From assembly GCA_946562005.1 (NCBI GenBank), contig CAMNVD010000001.1, positions 1 to 44,924 on the forward strand: 44,924 nt of DNA. Reading direction: 5' to 3'. Positions 1-8,494 of the stretch are shown piece after piece (the stretch's first letter is position 1; each line of letters begins with the position of its first letter). The notes beneath the pieces were generated by a model. That model searched no databases. It saw only the letters and a list, made by a program, of their open reading frames with translations, and had not been told where the DNA came from. The stretch comes from an uncultured Clostridia bacterium. Its GTDB lineage: Bacteria > Bacillota > Dehalobacteriia > UBA4068 > JAAVYR01. The position numbers and the translations under genes are program-made.

Positions 1-157
1 AAACAATCAGCAGATTGCCATAGCAAAGCCAACCTGTCTGAGCCGGCTCGATAGCATCTACTTTTGCCTTTGTCGTAACCCGTTCCATTTTACCGATGGG
101 CGCTTTTTCCCGGGGTAGAAATACTGTTTTTTCTATGGGAAAATAAATCTTATCCAT
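1..157 (-). CDS. hypothetical protein, 5' end only (gene runs off the left edge of the window)
   Basis: ATG at 157-155 is preceded by AGGAGG (170-165) with a 7-nt spacer. The frame stays open to position 1 and translates MDKIYFPIEKTVFLPREKAPIGKMERVTTKAKVDAIEPAQTGW... No family recognised. Confidence 0.4.
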   Translation of the reverse strand, partial: MDKIYFPIEKTVFLPREKAPIGKMERVTTKAKVDAIEPAQTGWLCYGNLLIV

Positions 158-270
158 ACCAATCCCTCCTGATTGTGTTCTCACATTTACAGTTACATAA
201 CCTTATGCAGGAATCAGAAGGAATATGCGTACCACATAAAAATGTTTTCTTTCTTTCGACAAAGAATACA

Positions 271-307
271 AAATAAAAAAGAAGACCTTTTTACGGTCTT
301 CTTTTTA
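271..307 (-). terminator. intrinsic terminator downstream of the SbcC-like gene
   Basis: Stem AAGAAGACC / GGTCTTCTT with a 7-nt loop, flanked by A-run and T-run, so it is usable on either strand. Confidence 0.6.
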
Positions 308-324
308 TAGATAGCTACACATCG

Positions 325-2703
325 TTATATCTGTATCAAGTTCGCCGCCGATTCTTCTGGGTAGTCCTCCCTACAGGTAAAGAAGAGGACCTGATGACGT
401 TGAGCAGCGTCCCTTATCAGCTGCCAAGCCGCTCCCGTCCGGTCAGCGTCCATATTAGCAAAGGGGTCGTCAAAAACAATCACGCCGCCCTCTGGAAAAA
501 GATGGTCCAACACCGCCAGCCGAAAGGCCAGAGATACCGTTTCCTTGGTCCCTTCAGAAAGCTTCCCATAGTCTAATACTTGATTGTCGCTGTAAATTTC
601 CATGGCGAGCTTATCTTTTTCGGGAAAATCGGAAACGACCTTCCCCCCAGAAACAACGCCTAAATAGTGGGCGAAACGCTCGGCAATATCCTGCATAGGG
701 TTATCGGTCAACACCTCTTTTTGGTCTGCAAACACTGCGGCAATATGGAGCCAGCAATCCAGTAGGGCTTGCTGCTCCCGGAAATCCCTTTCTGCCTTTT
801 CCAGATTAGCCGCCGGGGCAACGGTTACCGTTTCCAGGTAATGCTCCAGCTTGCTACCAGCAGCAGTTTTTGCTGTCAGCGCTTCTTCCCTGCGCTGACG
901 TTTTGTTGTTACCTCTTGCTTTAACATCGCCAAGTACTGTTCAGGATTGGTAATTTCCTGGAAATCTGCCGGAATCTCTTCTCCTGCCGCCAATGCATCC
1001 TGCATCTTCGCCAGCTCACACCGGGCTTCGGTGATTTGCTCCTGCAATGCCTCCACACTACCATATTGACTGGTATAAGCCTCTATGCGCGCATCTGTAG
1101 CAATAATCGTTTTATCCAGGTCTTTTCCACCTAAAAGTTGATAAATCTCCCGGTCGATAACATCTTTTTCTGCCACTGGCGCAGTTATCATGGCCACAGA
1201 CTGTTCTAGTTCCGCAAAAGATGTTTCCCCTAGGGCCGCTATTAGCTTAGCCTCCACCAAGGCTAATTTTGCCTTATCCTCAGCCACATTACCAGCAAGC
1301 GCCTCCAGCTCCTCCACTGAGGATACCTGGTATTTACTAAGAATATCACTGATAGCCGCCCGGGCCTCCCCTATCTGCCCTTCGATGGCCTTTGCATCCA
1401 CATCCACTGGAGACAGCTCCATGGTCATCACACCAGGGACTTCCAGGCGCACCGCCTCGGTAATCCGCCCGTTACACCCGGCCAGGTCTAACTTTTGGCC
1501 CGTACGTAAAGAAGTCATTTCTATTTGCTGCCCGCCAAACATTTCGATAGCAGCTTGCACATTCATACCGCACAGCTGGTTTTCCCAATGGGTCAGGTTC
1601 CGCTGAGCAGTTTTTACCACTTGCAATTCAGTAGGCTCAGGGCAAGAGATATCAACAAGTTTTGCTTTCAGCTGCTGCTTTTCTTCAGCAGTTGCTTTCA
1701 ACGTCTCATACATATCCAAGCGCATACGGTTATCCCGCTGCTGTTGCAAAGCCCTGGATTGGGCAAGTCCCTTAATCATTCGGGGCCAGCGTTCCACTGC
1801 CTCTCTATATTTCTCCAGGTCATCATTGATGCGAGCCATTGCTTTTTTCAGGTCCTGCTGGTCTTGGAGACGTCCGGCAAAGCGCTGGAAGGATTCATAG
1901 GCGCTTTCTGCTGCCTGGGCGCTATCATTTTGCCGGCTATATTCTATAGCAGCCTGGTCTGCCGCCGCCTCTAACCGGACGATTTCCTCTAATACCGCTT
2001 TGGCGTCTTGCCACTGATAATAAGCTGCCAAAACCTTACCTAGTTCTTTCGTCCAGCGACCGGCGCCAGCCTTGCGTAAGGGGAGCCCATTTGCCACATC
2101 CCAGTGCTTCCCGGCCAGCTCTTCTATTTTTCCTTGGATTGCAGCCTCAATGCTATCCACAGAAATGCCATCGCTTTCAGCGAAGGCGATGGTAACGGCT
2201 TCCATAATTTCCTGCTTGGCGTCTGTTTTTCTAGCGGCGTCTAACATCGCCGCTAAGGATAAATCAGCATTACGCTGTGAGGAAAAAAGTAGTTCCCCAT
2301 AAACGCCTTCGCCATACAAAAGCACTTCACGGAGGGCTTCCTCTATTTTTTTCGGGTCCCGGATGACGCCCTCCGGTGTAGAGAGGGTACAGCGAGCATC
2401 CTGTCCCCATTCTTTAGACAAGGTATAGACGCCTTTTTCTGAGGTAAAGAGGATGCTGCCGTCAGCAAAATCCCCCGCCACAGAGCTGCCCCGTTTTGCA
2501 CCGGGGAAATACAGCTCCCGGAATTCTTTATCCTTCCTGCCGTCAATACGAGCGTTTTGGAATAAGGTTCTAGATAAAAGATTCACTAAGGTACTCTTAC
2601 CGCTTTCATTTTTACCATAAATCACATTCAGTCCGTCAGTAAGAGAAATACTTTTATTGCGAATCCCAGCAAACTGAGTGCAAGATATTTGTTGGATTTT
2701 CAT
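325..2703 (-). CDS. SbcC/Rad50-like AAA ATPase (YhaN/SbcE type)
   Basis: 792 aa with N-terminal Walker A GKNESGKST and a long coiled-coil-like central region. C-terminal signature-like LSEGTKETVSLAFRLA and Walker B/D-loop VIVFDDPFANMD. Its ATG (2703) abuts the stop of the upstream phosphoesterase gene (2705-2707). Confidence 0.8.
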   Translation of the reverse strand: MKIQQISCTQFAGIRNKSISLTDGLNVIYGKNESGKSTLVNLLSRTLFQNARIDGRKDKEFRELYFPGAKRGSSVAGDFADGSILFTSEKGVYTLSKEWGQDARCTLSTPEGVIRDPKKIEEALREVLLYGEGVYGELLFSSQRNADLSLAAMLDAARKTDAKQEIMEAVTIAFAESDGISVDSIEAAIQGKIEELAGKHWDVANGLPLRKAGAGRWTKELGKVLAAYYQWQDAKAVLEEIVRLEAAADQAAIEYSRQNDSAQAAESAYESFQRFAGRLQDQQDLKKAMARINDDLEKYREAVERWPRMIKGLAQSRALQQQRDNRMRLDMYETLKATAEEKQQLKAKLVDISCPEPTELQVVKTAQRNLTHWENQLCGMNVQAAIEMFGGQQIEMTSLRTGQKLDLAGCNGRITEAVRLEVPGVMTMELSPVDVDAKAIEGQIGEARAAISDILSKYQVSSVEELEALAGNVAEDKAKLALVEAKLIAALGETSFAELEQSVAMITAPVAEKDVIDREIYQLLGGKDLDKTIIATDARIEAYTSQYGSVEALQEQITEARCELAKMQDALAAGEEIPADFQEITNPEQYLAMLKQEVTTKRQRREEALTAKTAAGSKLEHYLETVTVAPAANLEKAERDFREQQALLDCWLHIAAVFADQKEVLTDNPMQDIAERFAHYLGVVSGGKVVSDFPEKDKLAMEIYSDNQVLDYGKLSEGTKETVSLAFRLAVLDHLFPEGGVIVFDDPFANMDADRTGAAWQLIRDAAQRHQVLFFTCREDYPEESAANLIQI

Positions 2704-2704
2704 C

Positions 2705-3835
2705 CTACTTGGCCTCCTTCAGTGATTTTAATAGCTCATAGGCCAGCTGGGCCTCTTGGGGCTTGTCCAGTAAGGCTAGAAGAAGCCCAGCCGAAAAAGA
2801 TGTTTCTGGGAACTCTCTCCGTATCAGTTCCTCAGAAATCAGCTTGCTTAAAGCCCCGTCACGATAGGTCCCCTCTATAAACCGGGATAACGCCTGCTGA
2901 AACAGGGAAGCTCTGCTTTCGTATTCTTCAATGGTAACAGCACCAGAGAAAACCACATCCACCACGCTGTTATCAGGGATATCGGCTAGTTCCCGCTCTA
3001 AAATCGTTTCCATTTCACCGGCCGTCAGGGTAATATGTTTCCGGCAAAAGCGTAACGGCCCAGAAGGTATCTGCTGAGCGCAAATAGTCTTATCCTCGGA
3101 TATCGCAATAATAAAACACACACCCGACGTATTACAAGATACATCCGTCTGCACATGCGTACCGGGGTTAAAAATCTTTTCTCCCGTCGGCGCCAAATCC
3201 AAGCCCAGATTTTGTGGGAAGGGCACATGGGTATGGCCCAGGAGCCACACGTCTACAGGAATGTCTGCCAATTCCTCCCGGCTCATAAGGAAATATTGTC
3301 CTTCACTATCGATGGTCTCTCCCACTACCGCACCGTGGGCAATACCAATATGATAACAGTGCGAATCAGACATATCCTGGTTTTTTATCCAGCCCAAGTT
3401 ATTTTCCCCCGGGGCTGAATGGAGCGACGTACAAAGAGCCGGATAAAGCATAACTTCTGCATCATTCATAGATAGTCTATAAGGACGATATTCTGTCAGC
3501 AGCAAAATGTTATCCTTGGTTTTGATTACATCCTGAAATTGCTGCCACAGCTTTCCTTCTTCATCATAATAGTCATGATTGCCCGGCAGTACCGCCACAA
3601 TGCCTTGAAACTGGGCGAATACTTCTGTCAGTTTTTCTATTTCTTTTTTGGCAATACCATAAGTATTTTCAAACAAATCCCCCGTAATGACAAAAAAATC
3701 GCATTGCTGGGCGTTGGCATTTGCTACCATGCCCTGGAAAGCCTCTAATCTTGCCGCTGCTAAAACAGGACCTTGCGGGTGGCTGGCATATTTTAGTCCG
3801 ATATGATTATCCCCGGTCACAAATATTTTTATCAT
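2705..3835 (-). CDS. SbcD/Mre11-like metallophosphoesterase (YhaO/SbcF-type exonuclease subunit)
   Basis: 376 aa with calcineurin-like phosphoesterase motifs GDNHIG, ITGDLFE, PGNHDY and LLGHTHVP. Translationally coupled to the ATPase gene downstream. Confidence 0.8.
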   Translation of the reverse strand: MIKIFVTGDNHIGLKYASHPQGPVLAAARLEAFQGMVANANAQQCDFFVITGDLFENTYGIAKKEIEKLTEVFAQFQGIVAVLPGNHDYYDEEGKLWQQFQDVIKTKDNILLLTEYRPYRLSMNDAEVMLYPALCTSLHSAPGENNLGWIKNQDMSDSHCYHIGIAHGAVVGETIDSEGQYFLMSREELADIPVDVWLLGHTHVPFPQNLGLDLAPTGEKIFNPGTHVQTDVSCNTSGVCFIIAISEDKTICAQQIPSGPLRFCRKHITLTAGEMETILERELADIPDNSVVDVVFSGAVTIEEYESRASLFQQALSRFIEGTYRDGALSKLISEELIRREFPETSFSAGLLLALLDKPQEAQLAYELLKSLKEAK

Positions 3836-4059
3836 GGAGATGCTCCTTTTTCCTTCCTAATTGCTATAAATACTGAATATCAGATTAGAAATAATTTCGC
3901 TTTTCTCTGACAATTTCCTTCCGATAACAGCACCAGCCGAGATGAAGAAATAAAAAAAGCCAACTATCCCTTACCACACCATCATGTGGCTGGAATCGTT
4001 GGCTTTTATCGTGCTATGACAATATGACAATATCACCATATAACGATATAATAATCAGA

Positions 4060-5178
4060 TTATTTTTCTTTTTCAGCTGCAAGAGCTAGGATGCGGTTAA
4101 AGATTTTATTCCTAGCCGTATCAATCCGCTCGTAATCCATAGCCTGACAATAAAAAGCTTCTAAGTCATCATGGCGGCTTTTAGCTTTTTTCAGGTTTTC
4201 TACTGCCAGAGCAATATGGTTTTCATACTGCGCTTCTTTGCTTTGACGAGGGTCCTCCTCCCCGAGGGGAGAAAGCTCAGATAAGCTTTCCGCTACGGGC
4301 GCTTCCTTTTTTCCTCCAGCCAAAGACAGCGGGATGTCCCGTTCTTGCAAAGCTGTTTCCTTCCCCAGTAGCTCCTCTGTCATCATAACAATACCTAAGT
4401 CAGGCAGCACTACCATTTCCAGTTGATTTGGGTCTAGGGGCATATGATATACCGTCACCCGGTGTCCTCTCTGGACAGCATTCTCCACCAGGCGAGAAAG
4501 GATTTTGGTTTTTGCAGCCAAAGACCCAGCCTGGAGAATGTAACGCTCCCGGCAGTTTTCTGTAATATTCTGCACCATATTGACTACACCGCCCGGCGTA
4601 ATGGCGCTGGCAAATAAGTGACGGGGCGCTGTCTTTTCCGGCGCAAAAATCAGCCCCATCCATTGCTCAGCAAGGTTTACGATTTTCTCATCATCCTCCA
4701 ACGCTGTTTTGGCCCCTTCTATTTCCTTTAATACGACAAAGGCATTAGCAAGCTCGCGATATGCCGCAGCAAAATAACCGGACACTTCTTTATTGACTGC
4801 AATGATTTCCTTCTTCCTGGTCCAGAGATAGGCATCATCCCAAAACTCCCCTAAGTTAATCCATTCTCCAGCTGCCCCCGGATAGATAGGGTCCAACACG
4901 TGAGGATAAGTACCGTCTACCACTGCTACCTTGAGAGCAGGCACCATGACGCCATCTAACGAATCGTTATCTGAAGAACACTGCCACAGCTCCACATCAT
5001 AACCCCGTTCTATCATGGCCATAGAGATTTTCTTAATAATGGTAGATTTACCGCTACCAGGTCCGCCTTTTAGGGTAATCACCTGTTCTAAGTCTGCTAG
5101 ATTTTCCCGGTAGAAGGATTGGAATCCTTCCGCCGTATTGCTTCCCGGAAAGGCATATTTGATTTTCCCTTGCCGCAT
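4060..5178 (-). CDS. P-loop NTPase of unknown function
   Basis: Walker A GGPGSGKST lies near the N-terminus. Start moved from GTG 5187 to ATG 5178, which has AGGAG 8 nt upstream. By recollection this is a conserved roughly 370-aa Firmicutes family; not verified. Confidence 0.6.
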   Translation of the reverse strand: MRQGKIKYAFPGSNTAEGFQSFYRENLADLEQVITLKGGPGSGKSTIIKKISMAMIERGYDVELWQCSSDNDSLDGVMVPALKVAVVDGTYPHVLDPIYPGAAGEWINLGEFWDDAYLWTRKKEIIAVNKEVSGYFAAAYRELANAFVVLKEIEGAKTALEDDEKIVNLAEQWMGLIFAPEKTAPRHLFASAITPGGVVNMVQNITENCRERYILQAGSLAAKTKILSRLVENAVQRGHRVTVYHMPLDPNQLEMVVLPDLGIVMMTEELLGKETALQERDIPLSLAGGKKEAPVAESLSELSPLGEEDPRQSKEAQYENHIALAVENLKKAKSRHDDLEAFYCQAMDYERIDTARNKIFNRILALAAEKEK

Positions 5179-5381
5179 AACCGTCACTCCTTTTTAGAGA
5201 AAACACCATTCTGCACAGGCATTTTCCTCTTTTCTTCTTTTATAACTTATGTTATGCGGCGGCGGCTCCCTTGGGTGCCTGGACAGCACCGCAAAAGACA
5301 AAAAAATACTTACTACCGCCTAACCAAAATAAATCTGTCAGCGGTAGCAAGTAATACCAACGTAGAATATGACAAAATATG

Positions 5382-5511
5382 GATTCTTTGACTTCGCTCA
5401 GAATGACTTGCTATACCACATACGATGCCACGCGGTACAAAAGTTTACCAACTGCTTCCGACAGTTATGCTTTACTGAAGGAGTAGTTGGTTTTGTTCTC
5501 GTACTGCGTGG
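5382..5511 (-). repeat. MITE/REP-like intergenic repeat, long form, truncated at the SDR stop codon
   Basis: GGATTCTTTGACTTCGCTCAGAATGACTTGCTATACCAC...GTGGCTAG aligns with the reverse complement of the 32827-33002 copy. The distal inverted-repeat end is missing. Confidence 0.7.
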
Positions 5512-6303
5512 CTAGATTATAAAGCCTCCGTTGGGGCTAATAACTTGTCCAGTGATAAAGTCTCCCTGGGAAGAGACAAGGAAGCCTACCAGACCCGCCA
5601 CATCCTGGGGTTTTCCTATTACACCTAAGGGCGTTTCTTCTTTCAGCGCCGCCAAATCCTCCGGAGATAAATGGCCGTTCATCGCAGTCTCAATAACACC
5701 GGGAGCAACGCAATTAACCTGAATGCCCGAAGGCCCCACCTCTTTAGCCAATGCCTTGGTGAAGCTAATAAGTGCGCCTTTAGTAGCGCTATAGGCTACC
5801 TCACAGGAGGCACCAACCATGCCCCAAATAGAGGAAACATTGATAATCTTCCCCTGTTTTTTATGAATCATGGCAGGTAACGCCTGCTTGCTGCACCAAA
5901 TAGCCCCCGACACATTGGTCTGCCACATTTCCTGCCACTGTTCCTCCGTCATATCCGTAAAGAGCTCCTGCCGGGCAATGCCGGCATTATTTACCAGCAC
6001 ATCCACTGTGCTCCACTGCCGTTCTATCTCAGCAAACATTGCTCCTACCTGGGCAGCAGAGCGGATATCACAGCAAAAGGTCATTGCCCCTCCGCCATCT
6101 GCAATGATTGCTGCGCACAGCGCCTCACAAGCGTCTTGATTCGTATAATATTGTAAGGCCACCCGATAGCCGTCTGCCGCCAGCTCCTTAGCGATAGCAC
6201 TGCCAATGCCGCCAGAGGCTCCCGTCACCAAGGCAATCCGTTTTTCCGATTGAGATTTTATTTGAGATTTTATTTGAAACGCTATTTCGGTTTCCATAGT
6301 CAT
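5512..6303 (-). CDS. SDR-family oxidoreductase (FabG-like 3-oxoacyl reductase type)
   Basis: TGASGGIGSAIA Rossmann motif, NNAG, and the S...YSATK catalytic pattern. Start moved to ATG 6303 (AAGAGG upstream), which removes the overlap with the upstream permease gene. Confidence 0.8.
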   Translation of the reverse strand: MTMETEIAFQIKSQIKSQSEKRIALVTGASGGIGSAIAKELAADGYRVALQYYTNQDACEALCAAIIADGGGAMTFCCDIRSAAQVGAMFAEIERQWSTVDVLVNNAGIARQELFTDMTEEQWQEMWQTNVSGAIWCSKQALPAMIHKKQGKIINVSSIWGMVGASCEVAYSATKGALISFTKALAKEVGPSGIQVNCVAPGVIETAMNGHLSPEDLAALKEETPLGVIGKPQDVAGLVGFLVSSQGDFITGQVISPNGGFII

Positions 6304-6310
6304 ACCTCTT

Positions 6311-6946
6311 TTATAATTCTTTTTTGGCAAAAATCGCCGCCGAGCATAAGTAAGACACACCAAATCCCGCTAACACCAAAATGGGCAAGAATTTCAGCCA
6401 CATGGAGGTAGTAGCTTCGTCCGGCAGCGGCAGATGATAGACTTCAGCAAATTTCAAAAATCCTAATATGAGTATAACGGGTAAAAAGCAAACTGCCAAG
6501 AGGAGGATACGACCTTTTTCCACGCCGAAACGATACATCAACGGCAAAATCAAACTCAGCATGAAAAGGGCTGCTGCCGCCCCACTCAGACAGCTGGGCA
6601 AAACATCCTCCCAAAAAGAGACATCCTGGGTCAGGCTTAAGAGATAACCGCTCAACAGTCCCACCCCTAATCCAATAACCAGCATAATGAGAGCAAAGAG
6701 GTATTTACCGCCAACCATTTGCCGACGAGAAATAGGCAGCGAGAGACAATATTTATTCCATTTGCCATATTCGTCATAAGAAAAGGAAGAAACAACCATC
6801 ATGGCGCAAAGAAACACCAGCATGGAGCTAACAAAACTAGCCGGCTGTCCTAAAAACGACAGCAGCACATAAAACACAATCAATGCAATCATAGTCCGGC
6901 CATAACGAGCCATGGTATAAAAATCTTTTAAGATTAACCCTTTCAT
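6311..6946 (-). CDS. ABC-2 type transporter permease
   Basis: 211 aa with about 6 hydrophobic helices. AAGGAGG lies 7 nt upstream of the ATG. Sits directly after the ABC ATPase in the same operon. Confidence 0.7.
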   Translation of the reverse strand: MKGLILKDFYTMARYGRTMIALIVFYVLLSFLGQPASFVSSMLVFLCAMMVVSSFSYDEYGKWNKYCLSLPISRRQMVGGKYLFALIMLVIGLGVGLLSGYLLSLTQDVSFWEDVLPSCLSGAAAALFMLSLILPLMYRFGVEKGRILLLAVCFLPVILILGFLKFAEVYHLPLPDEATTSMWLKFLPILVLAGFGVSYLCSAAIFAKKEL

Positions 6947-6958
6947 CCTACTGCCTCC

Positions 6959-7876
6959 TTATCCTTCCTTCTTTTCTTTGGGTAAAAAAACCATGAGCTG
7001 TTCCAGATTAACGTTTTCCACTACCGCATTAGGATACTTTGTCGCCATGGTTTTCCGCTCCTGTACCAGCACTTCCACACCAAATTGATTTTCTCGGTAA
7101 GCCACAATATCGTTCCCATCCATAGCAGCAAAATCTTCTCTTGTGCATTTGAGAATAGCGTAGCCGAATAAGATATCCTCCCGTTCTCCATAAAGGATTT
7201 GCCGTCCCTCATGGATATAGAGGAGATAGTCCGCTACCTTTTCCATGTCGCTGGTAATGTGAGAGGAAAATAAGATGCTGTTTTCCGCAGACTGGACAAA
7301 GTCTAAAAACAAATCTAGGATTTCATTGCGGCAAACAGGGTCGATGCCGCCAGTAGGCTCGTCTAATAACAACAACTTAGGATGATGCGCCAATGCCGAA
7401 GCAAGGGATAACTTCATCTTCATCCCTTTGGAAAATTCTTTGATTTGCTGGTCCTGCGACAAGGAAAACTGCTGTAAATAGCTGTCATATAAAGGACCGT
7501 CCCAGTTCTCAAAAACCTTACCCAACACCTTTCCCACCTGCCGGGGCGTCATCCCCTCATAAAAAAAACCCTCATCCAAGACCACACCAATCTCACTTTT
7601 TATCTTCTTTTCTGCCGCAAGCAAATCCTTCCCCCAGAAGCGGATGCTACCGCTATCCTTGGCAATGGCGTTTAGCAAGAGCTTAATCAAGGTGGTTTTC
7701 CCAGCGCCGTTTTCCCCGATTAACCCTAAAATAGTTCCTGCTGGTAACTGAAAAGAAATATGTTCCAAGGCAAAGCCTTTGCCGTTTTTACCTTCCTCAT
7801 ATTGTTTGCATAAGTTTTGCACAGAAATAGCAGGCTCCCCCATAAGGGATGCCGTCATTAATTCCATAGCCAACAT
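6959..7876 (-). CDS. ABC transporter ATP-binding protein
   Basis: Walker A GENGAGKTT, signature SKGMKMKL and Walker B LLLLDEP. AGGAGG lies 7 nt upstream of the ATG. Confidence 0.9.
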   Translation of the reverse strand: MLAMELMTASLMGEPAISVQNLCKQYEEGKNGKGFALEHISFQLPAGTILGLIGENGAGKTTLIKLLLNAIAKDSGSIRFWGKDLLAAEKKIKSEIGVVLDEGFFYEGMTPRQVGKVLGKVFENWDGPLYDSYLQQFSLSQDQQIKEFSKGMKMKLSLASALAHHPKLLLLDEPTGGIDPVCRNEILDLFLDFVQSAENSILFSSHITSDMEKVADYLLYIHEGRQILYGEREDILFGYAILKCTREDFAAMDGNDIVAYRENQFGVEVLVQERKTMATKYPNAVVENVNLEQLMVFLPKEKKEG

Positions 7877-7887
7877 AGAAGCACCTC

Positions 7888-8271
7888 CTATTTATCTGAC
7901 ACTTCTTCATAAAGCAAATTGAGCATTTCCAACACCTGGTCATAAGGGATATTCCCCTCCTGCGCTAAGTCTATGCTTTGGCCAAGAAGGGTCTCGATAC
8001 GGCGCAAATATTCCTCCCGTACCAGCTCTATATTTTTCCCGGCAACGAAACTACCTTTGCCGGTGACGGTAGTGATAAACCCCTCCCGCTCCAGTTCTTC
8101 ATAGGCACGCTTGGTCGTTATCACACTGATACGCAGTTCCTTTGCAAGTAAGCGCATAGAAGGCAGAGGCGCCCCCTCTGCTAACGCTCCCTTTAAAATC
8201 AGTTGCTTAATCTGCTGTACAATTTGTTCATAAATAGGCATATCGCCTGTGTTACGAATTAGGATATCCAT
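7888..8271 (-). CDS. GntR-family transcriptional regulator (YtrA subfamily)
   Basis: PIYEQIVQQIKQLILKG...LPSMRLLAKELRISVITTKRAYEELEREGFI is a short GntR winged HTH. Start moved to ATG 8271 (GGAGA upstream), because the 5' extension overlaps a palindromic operator-like site. Confidence 0.85.
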   Translation of the reverse strand: MDILIRNTGDMPIYEQIVQQIKQLILKGALAEGAPLPSMRLLAKELRISVITTKRAYEELEREGFITTVTGKGSFVAGKNIELVREEYLRRIETLLGQSIDLAQEGNIPYDQVLEMLNLLYEEVSDK

Positions 8272-8294
8272 ATTATCTCCATTTAAATTTTTAT

Positions 8295-8319
8295 ATTGTA
8301 TATATACTATATACACAAT
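8295..8319 (-). promoter_or_regulatory. palindromic operator candidate for the YtrA-like GntR regulator
   Basis: ATTGTATATATACTATATACACAAT is an imperfect palindrome (TTGTATATA / TATATACAA arms). It lies immediately downstream of the -10 box of the operon promoter. Confidence 0.4.
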
Positions 8320-8345
8320 ATAAACTACATCCTCCTACTTGTCAA
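8317..8345 (-). promoter_or_regulatory. sigma-A type promoter of the gntR-ABC-ABC2 operon
   Basis: Minus strand reads TTGACA (8345-8340), a 17-nt spacer, then TATATT (8322-8317). Confidence 0.55.
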
Positions 8346-8447
8346 TAGCAAATAAAAAATAGGCAACTATTGGCAGATTCCGACATAAGATAAGACGTAA
8401 CTACTAATTTTCCTTCATTATTTTTATTTTTCATTAATGCTTCCTCC

Positions 8448-8493
8448 AAAAAAGAACCCTTATCCACCATAACGAAGATAAGGGTTCTTTTTA
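8448..8493 (-). terminator. intrinsic terminator after the S41 peptidase gene
   Basis: 13-bp stem AAGAACCCTTATC / GATAAGGGTTCTT, with a T-run on the minus strand. Confidence 0.7.
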
Positions 8494-8494
8494 T

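Noticed and set aside
325-3835. The coiled-coil ATPase plus nuclease pair as a phage or plasmid defence system of the Lamassu, Wadjet or Gabija type.
   Set aside because: The motifs and tight coupling match the conserved Firmicutes YhaN/YhaO (Rad50/Mre11-like) repair pair. There are no additional defence-specific subunits, and the surroundings are housekeeping. I report it only as a low-interest item to be checked with defence-finder tools.
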